64,000 nt of DNA from contig NW_026250415.1 in the NCBI RefSeq assembly GCF_024521635.1, positions 744,001 to 808,000 of the forward strand. Direction: 5' to 3'. Position 1 is the stretch's first letter. Every line of letters starts with the position of its first letter. The DNA comes from Tricharina praecox. Lineage: Eukaryota. Under the pieces are notes generated by a model. That model made no database searches, was not told the origin of the DNA, and was given only the letters and a program-made list of their open reading frames with translations. The translations under genes and the position numbers were made by a program. Below, piece after piece: positions 50,001 through 63,945 of the stretch.

Positions 50001-50800
50001 CGATCTGTACACTTTATGGAAGGATCAGTTTCTTCGAGCTAAAGTCTGACGAGCTGAATGAGCACCTTACCGGTGCCAACGCCTCCAAAGTAACGAAGAA
50101 GAAGGACTTCAAGTATCGTGGACCGAGCACCAAGGTCAAGGCACTCCTCCAGGCTCTGCTCGAGAGTCGTGAAGAGGGAACACCGGAAGATCCGATCAAG
50201 AGCGTTGTGTTTTCGTGCTGGACCTCCCACATGGATCTCCTCGAGCTCGCGTTCCAGAATAACGGCATCAGCTATGTTCGGCTCGACGGCTCGCAGAGTC
50301 GTATGCAGCGAAGTGCCGCTATCGCGCAGTTCCGTGATACGCCGGCTGTAGAAGTCATCATGGTTTCGTTGATGGCGGGTGGCTTGGGGTAAGAATACAT
50401 CCATCCATCCATCCACCCTGACTGGTTGCGAGAAGTTTCTAACGGTGGCACAGCTTAAACTTGACGGCAGCCTGCAGGGTCTATATGATGGAACCTCAGT
50501 GGAATCCGGCAGCAGAGGCACAGGCGATCGACCGAATACACCGCTTGGGCCAGAAGAAGCCGGTGATCTGCGTTCGCTACATCATGGCGAACAGCTTCGA
50601 GGAGAAGATTCTCAAGATTCAAGAGAAGAAGAACAATCTGGCGAATATCACCATGGAGCAGGGAAAGCTGTCGAAGGCGAAGTTGGCGAAGCAGAGACTG
50701 GAGGTTTGTTTCCTTGCCTGGCCTTGCTTGTACTCTGGGGGAAGATGTGAAGCTGACTTTCTTGCAGCATTTGAAGGACCTTTTCAGCGACAAGAAGTAG
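47046..50800 (+). CDS. Rad5/Rad16-type SNF2 ATPase with inserted RING finger; exons 47046-48515, 48578-48962, 49016 (1 nt), 49080-49162, 49218-50388, 50454-50703, 50768-50800
   Basis: LLKHQKQG, GGILADMMGLGKT, ITTY, RIVLDEAH, WAVTGTPVQN, LRLRLICAH, RING CSVC..PCTHMLC..C..CPIC, KSVVFS, RLDGS, GGLGLNLT and QAIDRIHRLGQ; an upstream exon cannot be excluded because an acceptor lies at 47044. Confidence 0.92.
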
Positions 50801-51608
50801 ATTTTCGATTTGATTTGATTGCAGTATTTTCAGTGTTTTGCAGTGTTTTTCTTCATATGGCTGGGTTTCGTCTTGCGTTTGTATCCGGTTACAATGGCTG
50901 CCCTCTATCACACGTTTTTTCCTTGTTTGCTGTTTGCTGTGTTCGTTTTTTCAGGGCGTTGCAGAAGGTATCTTTTGCATGGGGTAGCTATCACTGCGGG
51001 AGGCGTTGGGGTGTCGGGGTGTCGGGAAGAAGTGAGCGGGCGTGACGCATGCGTGGAATGTGCTCTTTGATTGATTGATTGGTTTGATGTTTGTTGATTG
51101 ATTGTGCCGTCTAGAAATCGTTAGGATGATAGGGATGGGTTTACGTGGAAATGGCGAATTTGTCCGGGGATTGCATTGCAATGGTGCAGGATGATGATGG
51201 GTTGGTTGGTTGATCGAAGATGAATAGACGTCAGCAGATGAAGTTACTTTGAAATGGCCCTATTGTTTTGGAAGTGTAGTGGCGGCCACGGGGAGTGGAG
51301 TGGAGTACATAGCGGACGAACGCATACCATTGTAGATACCATGTGGCATGCGTAGAGGTCTAGAATTAGAGGGGTGAAGCGGGACCCTTCCGGCTGGCCA
51401 CACACGCGCACACAAGTAGCGCTTCACAGGCTCGACTCGACGGGAAAGCCCGGTTGACGGCTAGCCAGCAACCAGCCTATGTAGGACGATGACACGACAC
51501 GATCATGTTGTATCACTCGTGAATATATCCGCTCAGTACATACTAACACTCAAAACGGCTTTCCAGAGACCTCAGACCATATCTCAATCCAGAATGCATT
51601 ATTCCCCC

Positions 51609-53477
51609 TCACACAACCTCCAACTGCCCAGTCGCCGCCGCCTCCTCCCTCCTCCTCCTCCTCCTAGCCTGCAGCACCTGCTCCCTGATCCGTCTCTCCA
51701 CATGCGTGACGACCTTCTGCAAGTCCTCGCGCTCGAGCGCCAGCAGGTCTGCGGCCGCCTGCGTCAGCGTGCGCAGTGCGTGCGGCTGCTCCTCGTCCGT
51801 TGAGGACCAGAGGTAGTGTTCCCCCGGGGCTGGGGCGGGGTTGGTAGTAAGGTCGGGGGCGGGGTTGGGGGCGGGGGATGGGGGGATGGGCGTGGTGGTT
51901 GCGTGCAGCGTAGCTAGGCGCTCTGCTACTGACGGTGGGGTGGAAGTGGGGTGTGGCGCGGGCGTGAGCGCTGAGCGCGCGGTGGGGAAGAGGTTCAGGA
52001 TTCCTTTTGAGACTGCGCGTTGGGTGGGGGTTTAGTATTGGCGTAGGCCGTGGGCAATGGGGGGGGTAACTTACTCCCTCGTCTGCTGCTCTCGCCGCCC
52101 TCCAGCTCTGCGTCATCGCACCACGTTTTCTCGTACCAGTCCAGGTACCAGTCCAGCTCGTCCTCGTGCATGTCAAAGACGTCGTGTTCCTTCACGTCGA
52201 TCGCCAGGCGAGCGCGGCCGGGCTCGCCAGAGGCCTGCGGACCGAGCCGTGCGCCGTTTCCGGCAAGCAGGAACCGCTCCCACGCGTCCCAGTCCACCTG
52301 GGTGGCGGCGGGCTCGGTGGCGGAGAGGGGCGTGCGGACGTGTGAGTCCAGGCCGTAGCACAGTTTCGCGGCCACGATAACAAGGGACATGAACTTTGCC
52401 TCTGGCCAGTAGTGGGCTTGCACTTTTGTTGGCAGGGACGGCCATTCGAGCGTGATGTAGAGCAGGTCCGCCAGGCGCTTGGTCGCTGTGTATATCTCTA
52501 CTTCTCGGCATCAATACCCGACATGCACAGGAGGACGGATAGGAGAGGGGGCCGACCAACATACATGGCAATCCCAGATCATTGATAACCCGCCCCAGCA
52601 GCAGCTCCCTGTTCACGGGCGGAAACGTGATCCCGAACTTCTCATGAAGGAGCGCAACCATCTTGTGCACAGTCTTGTACAGCCTTCCCTTCGCCAGTTT
52701 CCCCATCGGCTCGAGGGCCGTGTAGTACTCGGCACTAAGCTTCTCCCTCATCGTTGGCGGCACCTCCTTGATAGCCCGCACAAACACCAAGTCCCCCTCC
52801 TCAACCCACGTATGGATGTCCCCCAGCGTGACAGTATACCGCATCAGCAGCAGGCCGAGATAGCACAGCGCCAGCGACTCGATGAGCCTGGGACGATCCG
52901 TCGCCTTCGGAACGCGGCGCTGGCGCCGCCTCCTCGAGGAATACGTCGTGCTCGCGATCGTATCGCTATCGCTGGTGTACAGATAATTCGAGCTGGACGA
53001 GTATCCGCCGTCGTCGGCGACGGACTGCGACCGCGAGTGTGCGCGTTGACTCCCGGGCTGCGACGACTGTGTCGCAACACTTTCAGGCAACATATCCGCA
53101 ACAATCCTCAACCTAAGAGCCCACAGGTCCCTGACCACCTCCTCCAGCCTCTTCCCATCGCCACCCCCATCCCCATCCTGAACCCCCAGCTTCTGTACCA
53201 ACCATCCCACCTGCTTCCTCAGCAGCACCTGGAGACAGCACAGGTAGAGCTCGAAGCCCTTACGCCCGCGCAGGACCTTGAGCACGCGCTTCTTCTCGTC
53301 GCCGGGAGCACGCGCCGCCCGCGCACCCACCTGGCCGAACCCTTCGTCGTCTGCCGCCATGTCGAGCTCCCCCGCTCGCATGTGCCCGTTCTTGCAGAAC
53401 CATCGGCCGTTCTCGGGGAAGAAGAGGGTTTGCTTGCAATTGTCGATGCCGCACCGCGTGAGGCGCTTATATTCCAT
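51609..53477 (-). CDS. RRN7: RNA polymerase I core factor subunit Rrn7 (TAF1B-like); exons 53477-52565, 52500-52075, 52012-51609
   Basis: N-terminal zinc ribbon CGIDNC..GRWFCKNGH, GFELYLCCLQVLLRKQ, LEEVVRDLW, LALCYLG, PEAKFMSLVIVAAKL. Confidence 0.82.
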
Positions 53478-54355
53478 CGTGGAGTGGAGACGGGGGCGGG
53501 TTGCTGCTGGGTGTGGGTGTGGGTGTGGGTGTGGGCTCGTAGGTGGAGGCGGCGGGCGGAGGGCGGAAGTGCGTGCGAGACAACTGGGAAGACGCGAGGG
53601 ACATGGATTGGCAGACACTCTACGCGTGCGGAAAATCTGCGGTAACGCTGCTGACTCGTGACACCCACCACCCCCCACCTGAGTAACCCCGCATCTAGAG
53701 TAGCTACGTCCTCATCCACATCCACTCCCACATCCACATCCCGCCAGCCAGCCGTTTCCACATCTCACCGAATAGCCCAATTGACGACTACACGCAGCGA
53801 TGGGCGGACACTAGTTAGGGCAGTGGATGAGGAGGAACTCGCAGCCATAGAACTACCAGAAGTACCTTCAACATCGCTGCATAAGTAGCCGGTATATTTT
53901 CGATTTCACATCCCGATTCATCAAGGCTTGGGCGAGACCGGAGGAAAAAAAAGAGAGATGGATAAGAGCATATTGGCGAAGAGGCTGCAGATTCGAAGCA
54001 ATTCCCCAACCCCAAGCGATTTCCATAAACCCCATCTTGTCATATACCAATATCCAGCATATCATATGCAACCAGAAACTTTTGGGTGTGTTTTGACAGT
54101 AATCCAATTTCCCCCCCACCCCTCCACATCAATTGTGTGCTTGCAATCAAAGAGAAACTCCCCCGCCGCTGCTGCCCCAATTGCTCCACTCCACAAATGT
54201 TCGATCGGTAAAGGGAGAAGGATGGTTGAAAAAACGAAAAACACAAAAAGCCCCGTGCAAACGCACCTAGACGAAAAAAGACGGAAGAATCGAAGATGTG
54301 GAAAAAGAAAGCGAGAAACTAGGTTTAATTTTAATCCTTGACTCCAGCAAAACAA

Positions 54356-55275
54356 TTAGGCCTTGGGGGCCTCCTTGACGGAAATGGCGGCCTCCTCTCC
54401 CATGGCGGCGATGATGGTAACCACTATCGAACAGAATCAGCCATTGTCACCGAGAAGATGGCGGAATATGCGACTTACAGATGTCGGTTCCGGCGTCCTC
54501 GTACTCCCTGATCTTGTCACCGACCTCTCCTTCGGGGACCTTGACGTCGTTCTTCTCGGAACCATCAGGCTTGATCAGGTAGAGGAAATCGTCGTCGATG
54601 TACGAGAACTGGTACTCAGTGCGAGTGACGTTGGGCACGTCCATGTTGTGGGTGGAGGGGCAGAGATCCTCGAGCTTCTTTCCGGTGAAGATGTCGATGG
54701 CGACCAAGTGGACCTTGGCGTGTCCGTGCTTTCCAGTCTTGGAGGTGCTCATCTCGACAATCTTGCAAGGGCGGCCCTTGATGACGACGTGTCTGTGTAG
54801 GAGGAAAACTTCTTAGCATCCCATAGCTCTCTCAAAGCCAGTCGAACCAGGCAGCCAAGACGAAGTATGGACAGCGGACGGAAGGCAAAAAGATAGACAC
54901 ATACCCGTTCTTGCGCAGAGCGGAACACTGCATGGGGTAAGTGGCCGACGCGCCGGCAGAGGCCGACTCGAAGGTGTGGTTGTGCTACATCACGTCGAAC
55001 AATCCGTCAGCGAAAAATGTCACCGATTCCGCCTTGCAGACCCAGATGTTGCATGTCCTGCTCCGCTTCCTCGCCCTCAAGCCTTCCCCCTCCCTACGCT
55101 TCCCTTATCCGAGACTGCGCGAGAGTGGGAAAATAGAGTGGCTGTCTATTTTTTTTCTCTTTCATTCCGTTGTGGATGAGGGCGAAGCGGAGAGGGACGG
55201 CAACGTCGAAGGCGGGGGCGGGGTAGAAGTAGAAGTATATTGTCTTACCTGCTCATCGTTATCGGTATCGGCCAT
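54356..55275 (-). CDS. HYP2: Translation factor eIF5A; exons 55275-55249, 54984-54905, 54792-54479, 54423-54356 (162 aa)
   Basis: [13 protein letters not shown], hypusination motif [22 protein letters not shown]. Confidence 0.97.
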
Positions 55276-56035
55276 CTTGAAAGAAGTGTACGGTGTAAAA
55301 GAAGCGAAAAGATAGAAGGGAATAAGGGGTGGGAATTGGGGGGAGAGTTTGATTTCGTCGGGGATGTGGTAGCGTTGAGGGGTGGTGGGGTTGGAGGAGG
55401 AGGAGGATGAGCAACAGGAAAGTGGAGGGGGGGGTGGGGCTTGGTGTTCGTGGAGGAGGGGTGAATTTTACTAACGGCGAGAAAGAAGAAGCGCACGCCA
55501 GGACGGACGAGTGAGAATTTGTCTAGTGCGGTTCAGGTTACCCCACTTGTGCCCACTCACCACCAACCACCACCACACAGAGCAGCGCAACGCAAAGCAA
55601 GCTTCTTATTTCCTTTTTTTCTTTTCTCCATTTTTTTTCTTCACCTTATCCATCCTGCATCGCCTGCTGTTATCGTCCTAGAGAGAAGCCAGAACTCAAA
55701 GGTCGTGTGGCCAAGCCTCATCGCAAACCTCCAATCGCACGCAGGCAATAATAAAAAGCCTTTCAAGCCACTGATCAGATTGGCGACGCTTTAGGGCTCT
55801 GCCCTTGCCATCCCGCCACTCGCCGCAAGCCGCTAGCCACAATTCACGCGCATCATGAAAAGACCGCGCACCGGTCCGAAAGAAGAAAAAAAAGAAAAAA
55901 AACAAGATGCAAAAAAAATCAATCGCGAACGAACGAGAGCAGAGTAGCACGTAAAGAAGGGCCCCAGTGAGCAACAATTCCGTCCGATGCATCAGCATCT
56001 GCATCTGCATTCCCAGTTCCCGCCACTCATGGAGC

Positions 56036-56957
56036 ATGCAGCGGCCACCCACGCACCCACGATCGGTCCTCTTCCTCCTCCACCTGCGGCTCGCCGTCCC
56101 TTCCGCGCAGCGCGCGCAGCGGCAGCAGCAGGCCAGCCGCTTCTCAACCACCCAATCAAATGACGCCGCAAAGAGCAAGAGCAAGAGCAAACTCCCCTCG
56201 TCGAGCCTGCACAACGACCTCGCCTCGTTCCGGCGGTACGCCACCGATGTCGACCTCCCCGTCGACACGACCGTGTACGTCGGGACGATCTATGAGTACG
56301 CCTCGTCCCCGCACCCGCCCCACCCATACTTCCCCCCACACCGTCCCATAGACTTACAGTCCACGTAGATACACCGTCCTGCGCGTCCTCTCACGTCTCG
56401 GCATGTTGTTGACACGGGTCGGGGGCCGTGACGACCGGGGCGTAGACCTTCTCGGAACGTGGTCACCACCGCCCGCGCTGCCATCACGGCCGGCATTGCG
56501 CATCTACGTACAATGCAAAGCGGAGCGGGCGCGGGCGGGGCCAAAGTTTCTTCGGGAGCTTGAAGGGACGTTGGGGACCACGGCGACGCGGCCGCTGGGG
56601 ATACTCGCCACAAGCGGGTTCTGCACCCCCGGCATGAGGAGACATATGCAGCTGTCGAGAATGCCGCTGGCGTATTGCTGCGTCGAGCCTAGGGAGGAGG
56701 GGGGTTATATAAAGCAGTTGATCTGGAACGCTGCGGCGGCGGAGTTGATTGGAAATAGGGTCAGGGCTACCACGAAGTTTGTACCTACTGGTGAGGTCGG
56801 CGAGGATGGTGAGGAGGAGATTCGGATGGAGGCCGTGTTGACGGTGGATGGGCAGCCCTTCGAGCCGGTGGAAGGTACGATTGAGGACAAGGGAGGTGTT
56901 CATGGAGATGTTCAGGGAGATGCTCAGGGAGACGATGTTCAGGGAATACCAACATGA
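56036..56957 (+). CDS. RRG7: Mitochondrial Rrg7-like protein (DUF2034, restriction-endonuclease-like fold); exons 56036-56295, 56369-56957
   Basis: Arg/Ser-rich presequence-like N-terminus, TVYVGTIYE, RVGGRDDRGVDLLGTW, VQCK, RELEG, QLIWN. Confidence 0.78.
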
Positions 56958-57629
56958 AGTATCGCCCACTGCCCACTGCTGCACATCAGTTTCACCATCA
57001 CAATGACATTAGCATGCATCGATGTTACATTCGAAGAGTACATTGTTAAATATGTAACTTTCCTTGCAGAAAAATATGTCATCTTTCATGCTCGGCTGCT
57101 GTCCCTCGCTCGAGCTGCTCTAGATAGAATCCTAATGATCAAACCCTTGTCCTGTTGAAGAGACGCAAAAGTATGTGTGGATGGCGGGAATGGCAGAAAA
57201 GGACCAAACATATGGGAACAGAGAAGGAAAAAGAGAGAGAATAGGAAGGAAAGGAAGGAAGGAAAGAAAGAAGAAAGCAAAAAAAAAAAGTTATTTACAT
57301 GAAGCATTAATACCAAAATATAGTGTACAAGCAGGCTTCCGATCGATATATAACCATATCCACCGTCCGAACAGAAAAAAAACACGAGGGAGAAGGAGCT
57401 GGTGGAAAAGGGACAAAGTAAACAAGAAAGGAAAAGAAAGGAAGAAACAGTGAATACAAAAAACGCCATCCAAAACAGTTCAATGCTGTGCTGCCGAATG
57501 AACATCTAAACGTGTCAAGAAAATACTCCATAGCCTGCCCGAGCCTGTACAATAACTTCTTTCTCCTTCTCCTTCTCCGCAGTCGACTTTATTCCCAATA
57601 TTTTTACATGTTCATAGCATGCTTTGCTA

Positions 57630-60600
57630 CTATTGGTGCCGCTTCTTCTCGCCATCTTCTGGATCCTCCAGGAATATCTCCATCAATCCCGCCAGCGTAG
57701 GTCGCGTCTTGCTGAAATGAATCGCCACAAACCAGGCTGCCAAGATATTTACAAGGTGATGCAACCGGTAGGCGTACGTCAGTCCGTACAGTGCGGAATA
57801 TGCTGCTAGGCCCAAGAACAAGCAATTTGTGACGTATTTCATCCTGTCAGGTTCGGTTGCGCGTCAGTAAAGAGATCTTATCCGTTGACCAAGGAAATGA
57901 GGGGATTCTTACTTGGTGGTAACACGAGGTATCATGTTCCCCGTTGTGAGAGTTTCCACTAGAAGGATGAATGGCATGATTGAGAGAAGGTTGTGGTGAG
58001 ATGTGAATGGTGTGAGCCAGTGTACAGCCAGGTTGTGACTCCAGACAGCTAGCACTGGCAAGTTGATGGGCAAAATCCACAGCATGATGACAAATATCGA
58101 GTAAGAATAGTTGTAGAAATCCCAAGCAGGCCCGGAATTCTAGATGACAATTAGCAGCTCCTCAGGCACGTTCAGTGGAGGAGGGGGGGATGTGCTTACG
58201 TTTTCTTTAGCGTGCTTCAGAGCGCGGATGCAAGTAAAGAGCTGTACGATACAGGCAACCATGTACGCAAACTGATATGGGACTATCGTCGCAACGAAAA
58301 GTAGTAGGAATGAAGTGACAACGATCCTTCTCCGGGGGCTGCTCGTCGAGAATGGCCCATTGTTCGCGCGTCGTCGTTCATGACTTTCCCATCTCGGCCG
58401 TCTGTCCAGAACGGAGTACACCGTCGCGGATGCATGCACAATGATCATCGTCAGATGGTTGATCAAGACCGTTACACCAACAGCAATCAGCCCGAACAAC
58501 GGCGCAAGGAACCAAAAGAATGGATCCTGCAGGCCAATGAGCATGTCATTCTTGGCAAACTGCATTGATGCGGTCGTTGAAGGATGACTTTCGGACCGTT
58601 TGTCGAGGGGAGATGGAACACCATGCGTTGATTCCGACTTCGCAAACGAGAGTGAAACGGCCATGAGAGAGAGAGACATGAGGACCAACGGCAGAGATTG
58701 CGATACGAAAAGATCCATCCCTTCGCCGAAGCTGATGAACCGACCTGTCACCAACAAAGTCATGTTAGTATTCATTGACGTTTCCCCATACGTTAGGAAC
58801 ACTTGGATCATCATTACCATTATTGTCGTATTGTTGGAACTGTTTGCGGAAAACCAGAGCCACGATAAGCAACGGAAACGCCGCAAACGCTGTTCTATAC
58901 CGCATACCGAGCCTTCCAAGACTGCCCAGAAAATCCATCTTCACAGATATATCGATCGGCGTGTTGCACGTTGGGTCGGACCAGATCTGAAGCGACAGTC
59001 CGCGCCTGCTGTTTGGACGTAACGCCGGAGGTAAGAAGGGTGCCGTTCCGTGGAGATTGATATCTGCTGTTTGCACGTTGACGAAGAACTTGGACTCGTA
59101 AGGGTCTGCGAGATATTGACGAACAAGCGGAGTAAAGAGCTGGCCGTTGTTGCAGATTTGTGGCCCAACAGTAAGCTTATACGCGAAGAGGCTGCTATGT
59201 ATCACGGGGATATTGATATCGGTAACCAAGGCACGATCGGCCGGAAGAGTGATGTGTACACCATCCGTGAGGAGTCCCGCCAGACTGGCGTTTGATTGCA
59301 CGCGGGAGTCTCTCGTGCTGACGAATTCGGCGATAACCCACCCATCGGTCTTCCGACTAGCCTTGTCGACGACAGCGACAAACTCGAACCGGTCGATCTC
59401 CTGCTCGGCGAACTCTGCCAGTTCTTCCAGCTTGTACTCGAGATACGAGAATGGCGTTCTATCGTCGAACGAGTGTTTCGCATCCTTCGTCGAGGCGGGC
59501 AGGCGAATCACATCGCCCGTGGCACCCCTGCAGGCCAGACGGGTCGACCCTGGGGTGTCCCCCGACAGATCCATGTTCATCGAGAACAGGGCCGCGCCTT
59601 GCCCCGACTTTGGCGGCCATACGCTGCAGAATAACACCTCCAACTTTCCGTTCCTCCCTTGTTCGAGCGTCTGGTCCGTCATGAGATTGAATTTGATGCT
59701 TCCCGGTTCGCCAACGGGTGGTACCGGCATCAGGTAAGCTCGTGGCTTCTGGGATTCTCCCAGGTTTCGCAATACAAGGCGCTGGCCCAATGAGGTGATG
59801 TTCTGCGAGTTGTCTTCGAGGGTCAACAGAGTGGTCGGCACGGCCCGGGGAAGCAACTTCTCGGTGCCCTCCTCCAGACTCGTCAGTAGCCACTTCTTCA
59901 ACAGTCGCATTCGGTCCGCACGGGGCTTTGTCTGCTCGGCTCTGCGAACATCGACAATATCGAGCATGGCGCGGGCAACCACTTTCATTAGTTGATCGCA
60001 CCAAAGGATGGCCAGATGGTCGACTCCAAGCCACACATCCGGAATCGAGGAAGTGTACACCGTGAATCCGTGCGTGTCCGGGACCAACGACGAGATGCTG
60101 GCATAGTCCGAAGGCACCACACCATCCAAGCCTCCACCCGCAATCGACACCAAGGTCGTATGCCACAGCGGGTTGTTGTTGGCCCACTTCTCGGAGAAAG
60201 ACCGGCTCCAGAAATTGTTGATGTCGTCGTACGTCTTGACGATCTGCCTGTCAAAAGATACCGGTGGGCGCGCATGGGGCGCAGACATGGTGATTATCGT
60301 GTTTATGGACTTGATGCGGTAGTTGGGCATTATCAACATGGTGCGCGCCACGATTCCTCCCATCGAATGTCCAAAAATTATAACCGAGCTGGGGTCGGGC
60401 AGATCCGAGTCCATGGTCGACTTGCGAGAGTCGTGGTAGAGCGAGAGAATGTAGGCGACCGCCTCGTTCAGATATTCCGCTTGGTCGAGGACGGTCTGGC
60501 CGTGAAACGCGGTGATATCCTCATTGAAATCGACGGTGAAGAAATCTAGGTTCCGAGATCCGGCTTTGGCTAACGTTTCGTCTTTGGAGAGGACATTTTT

Positions 60601-61440
60601 GAAGTGGCGAGCTGCTTCCGCGGCGATGGGCCGTACCTGTCGATAGCTGCCGGCGTTCCCGGGAATGAACAAGACGGGGACTCCTTTAGGCTGCTTCGTG
60701 GTCAGCCTTTTCTTTCTTTTTTCTTTTTAAGTCGCGAGAGAGGGAGGGCGTGAAGTCGCGGGAATCGCGCTCAGCGCATTCGTCTCTTTGTTGCCGCGAG
60801 AGCGAAAGGCGAGGACGAGTAACGTACCGGATAGTCCTCATCCACGCCATGTTCCCGGTAGAGATACAGACTGTATTTGCTCGCAAAACGCGTGTGTTCG
60901 GTGTCGAAGTCCTTGGCCTTCAGGTAGACTGGCGACATCCGCGACATTCGACAGCCCTTAGCATCGCATTGTCGCTCCCGATAAGACTGAACGATGGACC
61001 ACAGCACGAACGCCGAGAGCAGTGTCACAGCCAGTGTTCCTAGCGAGCAAGCCCAATTGGACCGTGAACGTGATCGCCTGTAATTCCTCGTGTCCTCCAT
61101 CTGTTCCTTGCTCAGCCGCGACCCCTGTGATTGTGCTTTGGATGTGGTTATGGTTGTCGTGGTTGTCGGTGTGTCCGAGCCCAGTGGCACCGGGATATCT
61201 GTAGCCCCCTCCTCCCCCTCCTCCGACTCCTCCGATTCCTGCTCCCCTGTTGCCGCAGGATTCCACGCACCGCTACCGCTGTCTGGAGAAATCGGAGCCG
61301 GAGAACCCTTTTTCTTCTTCACGGTCCCATCCGTCGCCTTTGTCTTTGTCTTGGGCTTCGTCGTTGTCGCTGTCGTATTATGAAACTGCTGGGCAGTAGC
61401 GAAGCGACATTCGTCCGCGGGACCGACGGGTGCTTGGTGT

Positions 61441-61475
<35 letters not shown>

Positions 61476-61634
61476 TTGGTGTTGTTGGTGTTGTTGGTGT
61501 TGTTGGTGTTGTTGGTGTTGTTGTTGGTGTTGATGTTGATGTTGATGTTGAGGTTGTTGATGTTGTCGCTGCTCTGAATCGTCGCAGACTTCCCGGGTAG
61601 TCGAGGAATCGCGGGATGAGCGTCGACTCCGCAT
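57630..61634 (-). CDS. BST1: GPI inositol-deacylase Bst1/PGAP1; exons 61634-60828, 60690-58818, 58744-58200, 58139-57913, 57843-57630
   Basis: CRMSRMSP, KYSLYLYRE, PVLFIPGNAGSYRQVR, lipase motif GHSMGG, DHLAILWC, multiple C-terminal TMs; the exact start codon is uncertain. Confidence 0.93.
61436..61565 (-). repeat. Coding CAG/CAA/CAC/CAT repeat (poly-Q/QH) in the BST1 N-terminus
   Basis: Directly visible; encodes QRQHQQPQHQHQHQHQQQHQQHQQH...QQQ. Confidence 0.85.
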
Positions 61635-63945
61635 CTAAAACGGAGGTTTATAGTTTCGAAAGCCAAGTCGGGATTGCGAATCGGGCGTTATGGATGCGGG
61701 GGGGGCGTTGACGAGAGATCGAGAAGGCGGCAGCAGCAGCAAGCAGCAAGCAGCAGCAAGCGGGCGGGCGGAGACAAGGCAGACGACAAGACGACAAGAC
61801 GACAAGACGACAAGACGACGACGGGGAAGCGATTCGCGCTGGGTGGTTGGGTGGGTGGTGGGTTGGGTTTTTTTTGGTATTGGTATTTGGTATGGGTATG
61901 GGTATGGGGGTATGGGGGGGGGAGTTGCCGAGCGAGCGAGCGAACCAAACGAGGGGGTCGGGATGTAGTCTCGAGAACGCCCTTCTTCAGCGACACGGCG
62001 CGTTCGTTCAGTCCAGTCGAGTCTCGTTCAGAGAGATGATGCGCTCGCTCTTCTGGTCGCAACGGGAGTGGGCCGTTATCTATCATCCCCGAGAAGAGAA
62101 GCCTTGTATTCCACTATGCAGACAGACATACATCATGCAGTGTCGGAACTTGCTCTCTTCTACATATCTGCCTTGTCTGGTGCTCGTGGTGCTCGTGGTG
62201 CTCTGTACCTACTCTATTCTACCCGCGCGAGTCAACTGCCAACGGGATAGCCCCCGATTGATAGCTAGATGCCATAGCTAGAATCGTAAAATTCAGCAAG
62301 TGCAGCGTTAATCCCGTATCGGCAAGCATGACTGCGGTACTTAGGTGGTTACTCTAGCCCTGCAACACGACGGCGGTAACCTCTTCACTGCAATATCTAG
62401 GAGATTAATACCTCCATCAGGACAAGCTGTATCGTCGGTCGCGCGCATAGGGACATGCTCAGCTAATTGTTGCTGAAGTCATGACAGAGGTTGTCTGAGT
62501 GTAAAAAGCTTGTACCATGGCACTACACTGCACTGATCGTCTGTTAAATGGGTATAGGATAGAGTAGATAGATGTTTGGCGAACCCCGATACCGTTTGCA
62601 TGGTTGGATTATCCGGAACTTGTTGTTGGCCTTCTTCTGTCTGTCCGTCCTTCGTCTTCGGCCCGACCATACCGGTAGACCTTGTCACGGTTCGTACCTA
62701 GCATTCCTATGCGAGAGTGGTCGTGACGAGACCCAATCCTACATACCTCAGTCACTCGAGACGACCATTCGGATTTGCATGCGACGACCATTCACCTCAT
62801 TGGTGACTTCAGTTCCTGACCTGGGTACATGCCCAAGTTTCAACTCCTCCTCCTCCTCCATTGGACCCCACCTCCAACAACTCGTTAATTGGGGCCTAGG
62901 TACTCTATTTGAGTACTTGCAGGTCCAAGAGCAAGTACATACGACTGCCAGAGCGGAAACACCTTGGAATACCGGTACTCTGTGGCCTCAGTGCCTCACA
63001 TTACCACCGAACGACACTTCAAGAGGTGTAGGTACCAGTTTACTGAACGAAGGCAATTCACAGGTGCAGATGTCTCATCCAACGCAGAACCCGATTACAG
63101 GCGGCTATGTAGAGTATCGACGTCCTCCCCGACGCCGCTTTCATCATCGCATGCCGTCATGTGGTGGTGGTTGACGATCTCGAGCAACCACCGATGATGC
63201 ACATGGCGAATATCGAGAAAGGCAAGGAGACAGCTATGGAGCGAGAAGTTGGAACCGTTGTGACTTCTGTCGGCCTTGAGGCTCTGGTTACAGTGTACCG
63301 GTAACTGAATCACTGCGCACGTATGTACCACATTTACATGTATCGTACTCGGCTACCTACCGCATCATCACGATTATTTGCGCACGCTTACTACCGTACG
63401 TCCGCTTACCTACGAGGCACCTACCACTCGAGCCGCGTTGTTAAGCTTCAACCTGTCAGCTCTCCGTTACATATGTCATATGTTCGAGAAAACACTTCCC
63501 GCCGCCGTTGGTCGTCGCATCATGTGCCACGGACCGTCCGTTCATTACACGCGTCCGGTGGTACGTAAGTGAACACGCAGTGACAAAGTGGACCACGTAC
63601 ATACGGTACTCTCAGGGCATACACAGCACACGGAGGACGTGGAAGGCATGGCTGAACACGTCTGATGGACAGCTGCGTTTCGCAGTAGAGTGCTTTCTCA
63701 ACTATTCCTTCCAAACTCTCAATTCTCGAACGCCCCATCCTCATCTCTCTCTGTTCTCTCGATGCACCACCGTCTATCACTCACTCACTCGCGGCGCTAC
63801 TCCAAACGCCCACCCCCCCCCCCCCCCCCATCCCTGTCCAGAAAAAAAACAGAAAAACGAAATAAAAAAGAAGCCCCCAGCAAACTAACGCAACTTCGGA
63901 AGCGAAGCCCTGAACCGTCTTGACTTTCCTGCCCCTGCAGGAGAA

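Noticed and set aside
52479-53645. 388-aa antisense ORF over RRN7
   Set aside because: GC-rich shadow frame with no domain.
7684-61634. Apparent cell-surface gene cluster (chitin synthase, ERG5, GPI10, GT15, BST1)
   Set aside because: The genes are spread over 54 kb among unrelated housekeeping genes, with no shared motif seen; consistent with chance.
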